A stretch of DNA of 64,000 bases from a virus (Duplodnaviria; Caudoviricetes). Both the position numbers and the translations under genes were made by a program. Below are positions 28,582-37,891 of this stretch, piece by piece (the stretch's first letter is position 1; every line of letters begins with the position of its first letter). The stretch lies in the IMG/VR virus record IMGVR_UViG_3300032092_000001, one strand, 5' to 3'. The notes under the pieces were generated by a model. It was given only the letters and a program-made list of their open reading frames with translations. It was not told where the DNA came from and searched no databases.

Positions 28582-29007
28582 ATGAGTACAATTAAAAATG
28601 GAGACCGTGTATCCGTTAACTACACTGGAAAATTAGAAGATGGTTCAATTTTTGATTCTTCATTACAAGAAGGACGAACACCATTAGAGGCGACTTTAGG
28701 TCAAGGTATGTTAATTCCTGGTTTTGAAAATGGATTAATTGGCATGTCTATTGGTGAATCTAAAACTGTTGAGATTGAGCCTGAAAATGCTTACGGTACC
28801 TATAATAATGATATGGTACAGGAAGTTCCATTGTCACAGGTTCCTGAAGGAGTTCAAGTCGGTGACATGTTGACCGGTCAGAGTCAGTATGGGCCAATGC
28901 AAGTAACAGTTAAAGAAGTTAGTTCTGAAACTGTTGTATTGGATATGAACCACCCACTAGCGGGAAAGAAACTAATCTTTGATTTGGAAGTAGTTTCAGT
29001 AAACTAA
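28582..29007 (+). CDS. slyD: FKBP-type peptidyl-prolyl isomerase (SlyD-like, no His-rich tail)
   Basis: V.VNYTGKLEDG.IFDSS, LIPGFE..LIGM, AYG, DMNHPLAGK.L.F. Confidence 0.88.
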   Translation: MSTIKNGDRVSVNYTGKLEDGSIFDSSLQEGRTPLEATLGQGMLIPGFENGLIGMSIGESKTVEIEPENAYGTYNNDMVQEVPLSQVPEGVQVGDMLTGQSQYGPMQVTVKEVSSETVVLDMNHPLAGKKLIFDLEVVSVN

Positions 29008-29008
29008 T

Positions 29009-29037
29009 AAAAAGTCCCCTAATTGGGGACTTTTTTT
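29009..29037 (+). terminator. Intrinsic terminator
   Basis: AAAAAGTCCCC-TAATT-GGGGACTTTTT. Confidence 0.8.
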
Positions 29038-29076
29038 ACACTAATTAGTATTTATTAACTATAGATAAAAAGTTTA

Positions 29077-29691
29077 ATGGATTATATGTCACCAGAGATA
29101 ATTGTTGCGTTTATTACAGGGGTTTTGGGTCCAGTTTCTGTAATTCTAATCAAAAGTTTTTTAGATAAAAGAAAGAAAAAACCAGATTTAGTTCATGAAA
29201 CATTAAAAGTTTCAGAATTAGTAACATCAAAGATAGAACACATTAAAGAAGAGTTCGGAGCCGACAGAGTTTGGATTACACAATTTCACAACGGAGGTAA
29301 TTTTTACCCAACAGGAAAATCAATGGCAAAATTCAGTATTATCTATGAATCAGTGAATGTTGGGGTCTCTTCAATACAAAGTAATTTCCACAATATACCT
29401 GTTAATCTTTTTAGTAAATCAATTAATCAGTTATTATTAAATGATGTAATTGAAATCCCTGATTTTAAGGATGATTCAATTTCAACATTCGGTTTAAAAT
29501 ATGTTGCCGAGGAAAACGGATGTAAATCAGGTTATCTATTCGCAATTAAATCAATTGATGAGAGATTTATTGGTACTTTAGGTTTGGATTTTACAAAACG
29601 TAAAACAAAATTAGACATGGAGTCAGTAAATCACCTACAAGTTCATGCGACTTCATTGGGTGGGGTGTTGATGAATCACTTATCTAAGTAA
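29077..29691 (+). CDS. N-terminal TM plus GAF-like domain (architecture of T4 holin T)
   Basis: TM IIVAFITGVLGPVSVILI; ADRV.I.QFHNG...IG.LGLDF GAF-like pattern. Confidence 0.5.
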   Translation: MDYMSPEIIVAFITGVLGPVSVILIKSFLDKRKKKPDLVHETLKVSELVTSKIEHIKEEFGADRVWITQFHNGGNFYPTGKSMAKFSIIYESVNVGVSSIQSNFHNIPVNLFSKSINQLLLNDVIEIPDFKDDSISTFGLKYVAEENGCKSGYLFAIKSIDERFIGTLGLDFTKRKTKLDMESVNHLQVHATSLGGVLMNHLSK

Positions 29692-29877
29692 TTAATTCAT
29701 TAGTCCTGACATTTCGTTAACAATCACACCTTGTTTCATTTGTAATTGTCTAATACGACTATTTTGAGATTCATTCATCTCCAAACTTTCACCTTTAATT
29801 GACGCTATTTGGTTAGATAATTTATCAAATTCTGATAAAAGATATTGGTATCTTTGAGCTTTTTGTTCGTAATTCAT
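29692..29877 (-). CDS. Small coiled-coil protein
   Basis: 61-aa ORF with TATTTAT upstream. Confidence 0.6.
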   Translation of the reverse strand: MNYEQKAQRYQYLLSEFDKLSNQIASIKGESLEMNESQNSRIRQLQMKQGVIVNEMSGLMN

Positions 29878-29912
29878 TCTAAATTATAATCATTTGTTTA
29901 TATAAATAAACA

Positions 29913-30218
29913 TTACTTTTCACATTCCGATGCGTGACTATATACCTCAAATGGAAATGGTATCATAGATTTTAAATATTCTTTAACATTATCTCTAATA
30001 TACCCTGAACGTAATGATGACCAATTATCATTCAATACCCATTCCTTGTTTAATAGGGTATACACATCAAAAATTGAATCTTCCTCGTCAATTCTATCTT
30101 CATTTAGAAACGCTCTAAAACCACAAATTCTATCATCAGATGAAAAATAACTATTAAGTTGTTCTTCCACCTTTCTGATGATTTTTTTACTTTGTTCTTG
30201 TGTGATTTTATATTTCAT
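29913..30218 (-). CDS. Hypothetical protein, MKYKITxEQ leader
   Basis: Leader motif; similar layout to the next ORF. Confidence 0.7.
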   Translation of the reverse strand: MKYKITQEQSKKIIRKVEEQLNSYFSSDDRICGFRAFLNEDRIDEEDSIFDVYTLLNKEWVLNDNWSSLRSGYIRDNVKEYLKSMIPFPFEVYSHASECEK

Positions 30219-30222
30219 TAAA

Positions 30223-30525
30223 TTAACATTTGTCAGAATAAGGTAATATTGTCAAATAAATATCATACTTATCTTGTATAAAATTTATAGAATCTTTAAT
30301 TAAAGATTTTAATTCTTCTTTACCCTCAAAACCTTTTTTACTCATTTTACTATTAACCCATTTCTTATCAATTCTAAGTTTAACAGTTGGGTTAATGTCA
30401 AAATCTTCATCAGGAATTACCTCAAATTTACAAATCTCATATCTGTTATGAAATTCTTTATTTAAATCTGAGACAATACCGATAAGTATTTTATTTTTTT
30501 GAGATTCGGTGATTACAAGTTTCAT
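30223..30525 (-). CDS. Hypothetical protein, ITESQ leader
   Basis: MKLVITESQ. Confidence 0.7.
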   Translation of the reverse strand: MKLVITESQKNKILIGIVSDLNKEFHNRYEICKFEVIPDEDFDINPTVKLRIDKKWVNSKMSKKGFEGKEELKSLIKDSINFIQDKYDIYLTILPYSDKC

Positions 30526-30638
30526 TTTAATTCCTTAATTTCTCTTAGTACTTTAACGTTATTTGAAATCCTTTTAAGATTTTTTGCGAAGTTACGTCTA
30601 TTACGTTTTGGTTTACCTGCTTTTTTTGCCTTTGCCAT
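30522..30638 (-). CDS. Small basic peptide (38 aa)
   Basis: MAKAKKAGKPKRNRRNFAKNLKRISNNVKVLREIKELK; TATTTAT upstream; ATGA overlap. Confidence 0.55.
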   Translation of the reverse strand: MAKAKKAGKPKRNRRNFAKNLKRISNNVKVLREIKELK

Positions 30639-30669
30639 GTGAATATTTTATTATAAATATCCATTAAAT

Positions 30670-30695
30670 AAAAAACCCCAATTAAGGGGTTTTTA
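30670..30695 (-). terminator. Intrinsic terminator
   Basis: AAAAACCCC-AATTAA-GGGGTTTTT. Confidence 0.75.
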
Positions 30696-30696
30696 G

Positions 30697-30897
30697 TTAG
30701 TTAATACCTTCGTTGAATTTAGTTTCAATCTCTTCACGTTCTTCATCCGTTAAATCCTCGTCGGTTTCAATTTCTTCAATCCAAGTGTTATAACCATCAC
30801 TACGAGCAACGATTGAAAATTCTCTACCGTCTTCTGTTGTTCCATCATATTTTTTTAGACAGAACATCAACATTTCATTTTCAAAATCAATATTCAT
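30697..30897 (-). CDS. Small acidic protein
   Basis: 66-aa ORF. Confidence 0.6.
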   Translation of the reverse strand: MNIDFENEMLMFCLKKYDGTTEDGREFSIVARSDGYNTWIEEIETDEDLTDEEREEIETKFNEGIN

Positions 30898-30899
30898 AA

Positions 30900-31178
30900 T
30901 TAGTCAAATCTACATTCTTGTTCTTCACCTGTAATTTTTTCTCTAACTACATCAGACTCACTACATTCTTCTCTTAAACTTTCAAGATACTCGTCATCGG
31001 TTGGCTTCATTTCATTCCAATTTTCTGAGATGTAATCTTGTATTTCTTCTTCGGTCATTCCATTAAGTTCGGGATAGTCCTCAACATTAATTTCAACCGA
31101 TTCTCTTACAACCATTGTGTTGTAATACTCTACCATTCTGACTGAAATGGTCTTTGGCGTTTCGTTTGTATTTTCCAT
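30900..31178 (-). CDS. Small acidic protein
   Basis: 92-aa ORF. Confidence 0.65.
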   Translation of the reverse strand: MENTNETPKTISVRMVEYYNTMVVRESVEINVEDYPELNGMTEEEIQDYISENWNEMKPTDDEYLESLREECSESDVVREKITGEEQECRFD

Positions 31179-31219
31179 AATAATATTTTTAATAAAAATA
31201 CATTAGGGAAATTATATTG

Positions 31220-31699
31220 TCAAACGTCTTTTATTTTTTTGGGTGAATAATAATTCCAATCATATGATTCACTATCATGATTAATAGTATCAATTACTTC
31301 TCCGTCATAAACTGAAGTAAATCCTTCATTTTCCTCAAATCTAAACTTTTCAGTTACGATACTCATATCGTATGAATAGACAATATTTTTATATACTTCT
31401 GTTTGGATAACTCTCATCTCAATTCCAACGTTTTGAGAGTATTTCGCAAGAGTTGGTCTATTTAGAGGAGTTTTAAAATCGTCTCTAATATTTAATTTAA
31501 TCAACGAATACATGTAATCCACGTCAATTGTTTCAACATTAATCCCAAGAGCACTGATATTTGACACATAATTTTCGTAATATTCTGATGACTCATCAAA
31601 CGGATTTTCCCATTCATCACCATCAAAATCTTTTAATATGTTGTCAATGATTTTAATTAATATCTTATCATTAAATCTTTCTAACTTACTTTTTTCCAT
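31220..31699 (-). CDS. Hypothetical protein
   Basis: 159-aa ORF. Confidence 0.65.
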   Translation of the reverse strand: MEKSKLERFNDKILIKIIDNILKDFDGDEWENPFDESSEYYENYVSNISALGINVETIDVDYMYSLIKLNIRDDFKTPLNRPTLAKYSQNVGIEMRVIQTEVYKNIVYSYDMSIVTEKFRFEENEGFTSVYDGEVIDTINHDSESYDWNYYSPKKIKDV

Positions 31700-31700
31700 A

Positions 31701-32207
31701 TTATATTTCGTATTTGTCAGGAATTATTCTTTCAACTTCTTCTCCTGTTGTATTAATCAATCGGTTCATATCTGACCAATTAATACCATTGATTGAAACA
31801 ACGTGTGTCATCGTATCAGAATTAAATTTCCTATCATTAAAGTACGCCCAATCACCGGCATCATCAGGTTCTAAATAATGTAGATAATTGAATAGTATTG
31901 AAATATGAGACTCATCTTTAACTTCAGGTATTATGACATCAACATAAATGTCATACGTCCCTCCAAAGTAGTCGTCATCTTTTTCAATTTCAGTTATTTG
32001 TATTGGGAGTTTGTATCTTTTTTCCGACTCGTCAATATAGAACTCAAGTTCTCCTCCTAACTTAGTATCGAGTAAATCTTTTAAATAAGGGTACTTTGAA
32101 ACTCTTTTTAAAAACTCCCCAAGTCCCCCAAAATACTCCGCAATCTCTAATGGAGACATTCCCTTATCTAATTGAGAAATTATCTTCTGCGAAAAGTTAT
32201 CTGACAT
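31701..32207 (-). CDS. Hypothetical protein
   Basis: 168-aa ORF starting at a palindromic promoter. Confidence 0.7.
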   Translation of the reverse strand: MSDNFSQKIISQLDKGMSPLEIAEYFGGLGEFLKRVSKYPYLKDLLDTKLGGELEFYIDESEKRYKLPIQITEIEKDDDYFGGTYDIYVDVIIPEVKDESHISILFNYLHYLEPDDAGDWAYFNDRKFNSDTMTHVVSINGINWSDMNRLINTTGEEVERIIPDKYEI

Positions 32208-32222
32208 ATTTATAAATATATG
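32205..32222. promoter_or_regulatory. Palindromic bidirectional TATTTATAAATA element
   Basis: CAT-ATTTATAAATAT-ATG between divergent genes. Confidence 0.7.
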
Positions 32223-32579
32223 GATAAAGATATATTAATCACTATTGAATTAATTAAAAAGTTTGTAAAATCTAACGGAGTATTTGAAGATTACTACTAT
32301 ACCCCATATTCTGAAAACGAATTACCAATTGATGTTAGAATCCCATATAAAGTAACTAAGATTTCTTTACATAAAGAAAAAGAAGGTAAATTCAAATACG
32401 AAGGTGTTGTCTATGTTAAACCATTGGAAGTTATTCAGGGTGTTGGAGGTCAATTTGAGACAGGATATTCTTTAGATGATATCCCTGAATACTTGTTAGA
32501 CGATTTCACTGAAAATATTGTGAAAGATATTGATAACTTTCTAAGTCACGTATATTTAGAAGTTGATTTTACTTATTAA
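32220..32579 (+). CDS. Hypothetical protein
   Basis: 119-aa ORF. Confidence 0.7.
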   Translation: MDKDILITIELIKKFVKSNGVFEDYYYTPYSENELPIDVRIPYKVTKISLHKEKEGKFKYEGVVYVKPLEVIQGVGGQFETGYSLDDIPEYLLDDFTENIVKDIDNFLSHVYLEVDFTY

Positions 32580-32893
32580 ATCTGAACAAATTTAATAACC
32601 CTTATGTATGAATTAGGAAGCCAATCTTCGTCAACTCTTGCCGATATCTCCTCAATTAATTCACTATAGTATATTCCATCATCATTGACATAACATATCA
32701 CATCAATTTTAAATGGATTACCTTTTTTCTCAACGTTAATCACCTCCATTCTATCTAACCCCTCAACTTGAACAAGTTCAGACATCTCACCCATACCCCA
32801 ATCTTCTGATTCGGTTTTAATTGTGCGCAGAGTATTATCTACCGCAGTTTGGGCAAGTGTAATTAATTTAGATTGCGCAACTTTAAACTTCAT
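32576..32893 (-). CDS. Hypothetical protein
   Basis: Start moved to MKFKVAQ. Confidence 0.6.
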   Translation of the reverse strand: MKFKVAQSKLITLAQTAVDNTLRTIKTESEDWGMGEMSELVQVEGLDRMEVINVEKKGNPFKIDVICYVNDDGIYYSELIEEISARVDEDWLPNSYIRVIKFVQI

Positions 32894-33041
32894 CGCTTTC
32901 ACCAAGAAATGGTTTTGTATCACCCAACTTGGTATTAACCAATTTATTAAAGTTTTCAATTACGATTTTTTTTCCTCCTGTGTGTTGTTCACGGATTCTG
33001 TTTTTTTCTTCTTCAGAAAGGTCGTTTAAAAGATGTTTCAT
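32883..33041 (-). CDS. Small protein (52 aa) with SEEEKNRIREQH leader
   Basis: MKHLLNDLSEEEKNRIREQHTGGKKIVIENFNKLVNTKLGDTKPFLGESDEV; below ORF-track cutoff. Confidence 0.65.
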   Translation of the reverse strand: MKHLLNDLSEEEKNRIREQHTGGKKIVIENFNKLVNTKLGDTKPFLGESDEV

Positions 33042-33063
33042 TTTAGTATTTTATTTATGTTAT

Positions 33064-33819
33064 TTATCGTCCAAGTAATCTATTGATTATATTATTTGTT
33101 TTTTTAGTTTCTGCAAATTTTATCCTTGGGATTTTTATATTATTCTCCTTTTCGTATTTGGCGATTAAATCCATAAGAATATTTTTTGGCGCGTAATTGG
33201 TAAGTTTGTTCAGTAAGTGTTGATAATTATATGGTGTTTTATTTTCACGAGCGTCTGTTCTATAATCAGAGATAAATTTAAAAATTACTTTTTCCAGTTT
33301 AGGATTGTGTTCCTTATAATCAACTTCAATATTTTTATTTTGGACTAAATCAGGAACTTTTAAGGCCGCAATTCCCGTAATTGCCCCAACAATCAATGGG
33401 ATAATACTGGTATCATCGGGTTGATGACGTATATATGACGTGGTCATGTCAAGTAACCCGTATACACCTGAAGTTACCGAAATATTGATTAAATTTGATA
33501 AACTAAGTTTATCAAGTATGTTTTGAAGTCGTTCTCTTTCTTCTTCATTTGCAACTTTAAAATTACCTTTAGAATAAGATATGGTTTCATTAACCTCTTC
33601 ACTAAACTGAGATTCAATTTCATCTTCAACAGTTTCTTCAAATCCCTCTTTACCTAACTTATTGTATAACTTACCAAGAAACAATAAGTCGTCATTAGAC
33701 AATGTTTGAATAATCTCCTGTTTAATTTCACTTGCAACTTTTTGTTCTTCGTTCTCACGAATAACACGTTTAACAATGTTTGTCAAATCCGACTCGGTTA
33801 ATCTAATAACTTTACTCAT
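33064..33819 (-). CDS. RLTESDL-leader membrane protein (paralogue of 34612)
   Basis: MSKVIRLTESDL..IVKRVIRENEEQ; two hydrophobic segments. Confidence 0.75.
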   Translation of the reverse strand: MSKVIRLTESDLTNIVKRVIRENEEQKVASEIKQEIIQTLSNDDLLFLGKLYNKLGKEGFEETVEDEIESQFSEEVNETISYSKGNFKVANEEERERLQNILDKLSLSNLINISVTSGVYGLLDMTTSYIRHQPDDTSIIPLIVGAITGIAALKVPDLVQNKNIEVDYKEHNPKLEKVIFKFISDYRTDARENKTPYNYQHLLNKLTNYAPKNILMDLIAKYEKENNIKIPRIKFAETKKTNNIINRLLGR

Positions 33820-33821
33820 AA

Positions 33822-34364
33822 TTATTTTTTACCTAAATCTCTCATCATTTTTGAGATGTTATATGGGTTGTCAAGAGATGATACTCTACCTCTATTACTT
33901 TCATCACTATAACGAATTTTTGGAGCCCTCTCCGCAACCAAATTGGCAATTTTCTTGATAAATCCTTTAGAAAAAATCTTAATTGGATTTTTACCATTTT
34001 TACCAGTGTGATTAATAATTATGAGTGGTCTTAACCCTGTATGCTTAAGAACAGATGCCGGATAATATATATCAATATCTAAAAACTCACCAAAAGGGCT
34101 AACTCTAATAACAAAATGTTTGTTGTCATCTGTATCAGGATTATTTGATATTGTTCTAAGTATTTCATAATCACCGCTCTTAACTTTCTCAAGTATCCCA
34201 TTGGCAAGGTATTCCATTGTTGATGATTCATTCTCAACACCAAACAATGAATGGAAAGAACCACTTAATTTATCTCCAAATGTGAACGCGCTATCTTCTT
34301 GGATTACTCGTTTAACGATATTAACTAAATCTGACTCGGTTAATCTGATTATTTTTTCACTCAT
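33822..34364 (-). CDS. RLTESDL-leader protein
   Basis: MSEKIIRLTESDLVNIVKRVIQE. Confidence 0.75.
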   Translation of the reverse strand: MSEKIIRLTESDLVNIVKRVIQEDSAFTFGDKLSGSFHSLFGVENESSTMEYLANGILEKVKSGDYEILRTISNNPDTDDNKHFVIRVSPFGEFLDIDIYYPASVLKHTGLRPLIIINHTGKNGKNPIKIFSKGFIKKIANLVAERAPKIRYSDESNRGRVSSLDNPYNISKMMRDLGKK

Positions 34365-34397
34365 AATAATGTTTTAATATAAATATATCAAAAAACA

Positions 34398-34586
34398 CTA
34401 TTTTTTGTATTCAATCCACTCAAGATAGAATCCAATACCGACAATTAAATTCATACCGATAGAAGATAATATTTCAACAACATCATCATAGACATTAATA
34501 CTAAGATGTATGTGTCCAACAACCCAAAATGGAATTGATAGATTGGACGAGACCCACAATAAAAAAAATTTGATAAATTTAACCAT
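34398..34586 (-). CDS. Small two-TM protein
   Basis: Hydrophobic 62-aa ORF. Confidence 0.55.
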   Translation of the reverse strand: MVKFIKFFLLWVSSNLSIPFWVVGHIHLSINVYDDVVEILSSIGMNLIVGIGFYLEWIEYKK

Positions 34587-34611
34587 TAGACCTTCTCATC
34601 GGAATAACATT

Positions 34612-35328
34612 TTATTTAGCTCTTACAAGTCTTTCTTTAGGAGGTCTTCTAAAATTGATATTATTTGTTTTTTCCCAATTCTCAACAAATTGTCTTACAA
34701 CTTTTTCAGGGATTCCAATTTCCACCAAATGTTCAATAACATCACTTAATAGTGTGTTTGTTGGTTCAGGGAATTTCTTCAGTTCCTTATCCACCAATTT
34801 CGCCATTCTTGAGTCCTTTAATTTTTCTGGTAGTGGTTTAGATGCAATATTATGTGGGATTCTTGTTAACAAATTTGCCCCAACCATTGCGGCTGTTACT
34901 ATTCCCATAACAATACCGGCATCAATGTTTTCTTGGGTTTGTTGTTGCGAATGTAAAAAACTATAGCTAGCTCCTCCAGTTATTAATGAGAATAAGGTAG
35001 ACACAAGTCTCGTCATTATTTTTATAGACTCAATTTTATCTTCTTCAGATTCGGTATCAACTGTTATACCTCTTTTTGATAACCCTATTGATTCATTAAC
35101 ATTTTCATCATCAATAACATTATCCACAATATCTTCAGTGAAGTTCTTAAACTCATCTTCACCAATAGAGTTGTATAATTTACCGAGTGTTAATAAATCT
35201 TCTTTTGAAATATTATTAAGAATTGTATTGGTAACCTCGTCAGCAATTTGTTGTTCCTCGTTCTCACGAATAACACGTCTGACAATTTTTTCTAAATCTG
35301 ATTCTGTTAATCTAATTACTTTACCCAT
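34612..35328 (-). CDS. RLTESDL-leader membrane protein (paralogue of 33064)
   Basis: MGKVIRLTESDL..IVRRVIRENEEQ; shared LL.LGKLYN.IG...F block. Confidence 0.75.
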   Translation of the reverse strand: MGKVIRLTESDLEKIVRRVIRENEEQQIADEVTNTILNNISKEDLLTLGKLYNSIGEDEFKNFTEDIVDNVIDDENVNESIGLSKRGITVDTESEEDKIESIKIMTRLVSTLFSLITGGASYSFLHSQQQTQENIDAGIVMGIVTAAMVGANLLTRIPHNIASKPLPEKLKDSRMAKLVDKELKKFPEPTNTLLSDVIEHLVEIGIPEKVVRQFVENWEKTNNINFRRPPKERLVRAK

Positions 35329-35357
35329 ATAAGATAAATACATTAGACAATTAAAAG

Positions 35358-35855
35358 TTACTCTTCCTCAAAATGTCTCTCAATGGTAACAGGTTCCACA
35401 AATGTTCCTTTAAGCTCAGACATCTCTTCTTTAAACTGTTCAATCATTTCAGTAGAATAGATTGGAGCAAATAATGGACGATGACTAAACGGAACATTAT
35501 CTCGGTTTTCCCAATCCACCAATTCTTTTTCCCATCCAGGAATATGGGTTTCTATAAACCTATAATTTTTCCATTTCTCCAAATCTTCTTTGGTGGGGAC
35601 AAATTTAACATCTCCATAGTTTTCAATATTCAAATCAGGATTGTTTGTATACACATCAACAATACCTTCGTCACCAAAATACTGGTAACATAGTTCCTGA
35701 ACTGTATGGGGGTTTATATGATTTTCTTTCCAATTCCTACCATAAGAACGGACATCACAGATATAGAAATACCCATCCTCAAAAGAATTGATTCGGAAAT
35801 TAACTTCATTCTTTAATTCAATAAGTTCGTCAAAAGTGTAGTTATCTAAATTCAT
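35358..35855 (-). CDS. Hypothetical protein (host-type promoter)
   Basis: Start MNLDNY, TATATTTG immediately upstream. Confidence 0.7.
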   Translation of the reverse strand: MNLDNYTFDELIELKNEVNFRINSFEDGYFYICDVRSYGRNWKENHINPHTVQELCYQYFGDEGIVDVYTNNPDLNIENYGDVKFVPTKEDLEKWKNYRFIETHIPGWEKELVDWENRDNVPFSHRPLFAPIYSTEMIEQFKEEMSELKGTFVEPVTIERHFEEE

Positions 35856-35926
35856 AGAGCAAATATAAAACAAAAAACCCCATCAAACAAATGAATGGGG
35901 TTTTAAATATTCTTGTAATTTTAAAT

Positions 35927-36574
35927 TTATGAATCAAGTTCGGTATATTTACGAAACTTATTTAAAAGTTCCTCATACGTCGATTCAATATCATAACGAT
36001 TTTCACAATCATTTTCTTCAGCCATATCAAGAAGTCCACCAAGTTCTGATTCTAAGTCATGGTACATATCTGAAGCACCTAAGATAGATTGTGTATCAGG
36101 GGATGAACGTTTAAAATCTCTCATAAAATCTTTAAAAATATATTTCATTTGTGAAATAATTTCATCACAATCAGAACCCATGTCCATGTCAAATTCATCA
36201 TCTTCAAATTCTTGTTCTTTTTGTATTTTTGTTTTTACTTTAAAAGGTCTTCCTGATTTCTCTCTGTAGGTATCAAATATTTTTCTACCTGTTTCACCTT
36301 TACCGAACCATCTTGGTGTGTTTTCATCTTCATCAGGATATTTTTCTCTATAAGAGTCATAATCGTCAAATTCTTCTGTATCAAATTCTTCGGGGTCTGC
36401 AAGTCCATAAAGTTCTTCACTTTTTCTAACGTATCTGTCTTTATCATCAATCCATTCGTCACCTTTGAAATCTTTTTTTCTAGGATTTCCGAATGAACTA
36501 TATTTTTGTTCTTCTATAACTTTTTTAACCAATCTTACCAAATCGGTTTCTGTTAATCTTACAACTTTTTTCAT
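35927..36574 (-). CDS. RLTETDL-leader acidic protein
   Basis: MKKVVRLTETDLVRLVKKVIEEQ. Confidence 0.75.
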   Translation of the reverse strand: MKKVVRLTETDLVRLVKKVIEEQKYSSFGNPRKKDFKGDEWIDDKDRYVRKSEELYGLADPEEFDTEEFDDYDSYREKYPDEDENTPRWFGKGETGRKIFDTYREKSGRPFKVKTKIQKEQEFEDDEFDMDMGSDCDEIISQMKYIFKDFMRDFKRSSPDTQSILGASDMYHDLESELGGLLDMAEENDCENRYDIESTYEELLNKFRKYTELDS

Positions 36575-36651
36575 AATTTTTTAATTTATATATAAATATA
36601 TCGTAAAATAAAAAAGGGGGTAGGGGGATTGGAACAACGGGAAAAAAATTT

Positions 36652-36933
36652 TTATAAAATATCAGAATACTTAACCTCAACTTTAATGATGTTTTCAATA
36701 CCGAGAAATTTAATTGTATCGGTAACCAATTCTTTTATCTCATCCCACCTCTCCCAATATTCCATAAGGAATGTTTTAAAATCAATAATCAGGGTAATAT
36801 AATAATTTATACCACTTTCCCCATATTTGTGATAACGAAACACATTCTTCTCTGACCTCACATGAATATCCCCAAACAATGGATATTTCTTTTCCACAAT
36901 ATGACTAACGATTTTTTCAATGGGTTTTTGCAT
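36652..36933 (-). CDS. Hypothetical protein (host-type promoter)
   Basis: Start MQKPIEK, TATCTTTG upstream. Confidence 0.65.
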   Translation of the reverse strand: MQKPIEKIVSHIVEKKYPLFGDIHVRSEKNVFRYHKYGESGINYYITLIIDFKTFLMEYWERWDEIKELVTDTIKFLGIENIIKVEVKYSDIL

Positions 36934-36992
36934 ATGAAATACAAAGATACAAAAAAAAAGGGGTAGGGGATTGAGCAATAAAGAAAAAAATA

Positions 36993-37300
36993 TTACCAAA
37001 TATTACTAAACTCAAACCCATATGTTTTTTTAATGTAACGACCTATTGCATCAGTAAATTCTTTTGAGTCAATACTAAATAATTCCCACATATTATTAAA
37101 ATATCTTCCGTCAGTATAATAAGTGGAAGTATCAGATTCTGGATGACCGACCAACATCTCACCATTTTGATTAAATAAACCGAACCACGTTTCGCCGTAT
37201 CCACCAATATATTTTTCACTCCACTTGGTATCTTTAAACACCTTATCAAAATAAGGTTTCATAATTTTGTCCAACTGTTCAGGTGTGATAACGTATTTCA
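36993..37300 (-). CDS. MKYVITPEQ-leader protein, distant relative of the 42-47 kb family
   Basis: MKYVITPEQLDK...YFD...LFS.......IG.Y. Confidence 0.7.
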
Positions 37301-37365
37301 TATAAGAATAAATATAATCAAAACAAAAAAGGGGGTAGGGGGATTGGCAACAACGGAAAAAAATT

Positions 37366-37830
37366 TTATAGATTCCCAACAAGTTCGTCCATTCCCTCAA
37401 TAATGATTCCACATTCAGAATAAAACTCATAATTACATTTACCAGTATTTTTGGCTCTAATTGTAATTAATGAATGTTCTTCTTCAGACAAACAAACGGT
37501 GGATGCATATTTTTTACATAACGAAACAAAATCAGTTAAACTCATTTCAGGATTATTACTTAACTCTTCCATGATAAATCCCATTGCAATCTTTCGTGGG
37601 ACATAGTGGTCCTTAACAACTTTCACCCCATTAACCTTTGCTCCGTTTGAGGATAAACCTGTTTCCCAAAACTTGGTATTGGTTAAATCAAACAATGGGT
37701 TTCGGTTTCTAGACAAGAACATATCATACAACTCATCATTGTCCTTAACTTCCAAATATCGTGGGATAAGACATACAAAATCTTTTAATGTCTCATTACA
37801 TTTAACCAATTGTTTATTTGTTAATTTCAT
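37366..37830 (-). CDS. Hypothetical protein, weak His-Me/HNH-like motif
   Basis: KDHYVPRK...VCLSEEEH; TATATTTG promoter. Confidence 0.55.
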   Translation of the reverse strand: MKLTNKQLVKCNETLKDFVCLIPRYLEVKDNDELYDMFLSRNRNPLFDLTNTKFWETGLSSNGAKVNGVKVVKDHYVPRKIAMGFIMEELSNNPEMSLTDFVSLCKKYASTVCLSEEEHSLITIRAKNTGKCNYEFYSECGIIIEGMDELVGNL

Positions 37831-37891
37831 ATTGCAAATATAATAAAAAAGGGGGTAGGGGGATTGGAAACAACGGAAAAAAATTTTAGAA

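Larger units (their letters stand above)
36611..37887. repeat. Four dispersed copies of an about 43-bp intergenic repeat
   Basis: AAAAAGGGGGTAGGGGGATTGG(A/C)AACAACGGAAAAAAATTTT at about 36611-36653, 36951-36994 (degenerate), 37325-37367 and 37845-37887, each between a stop codon and the next promoter. Confidence 0.85.
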
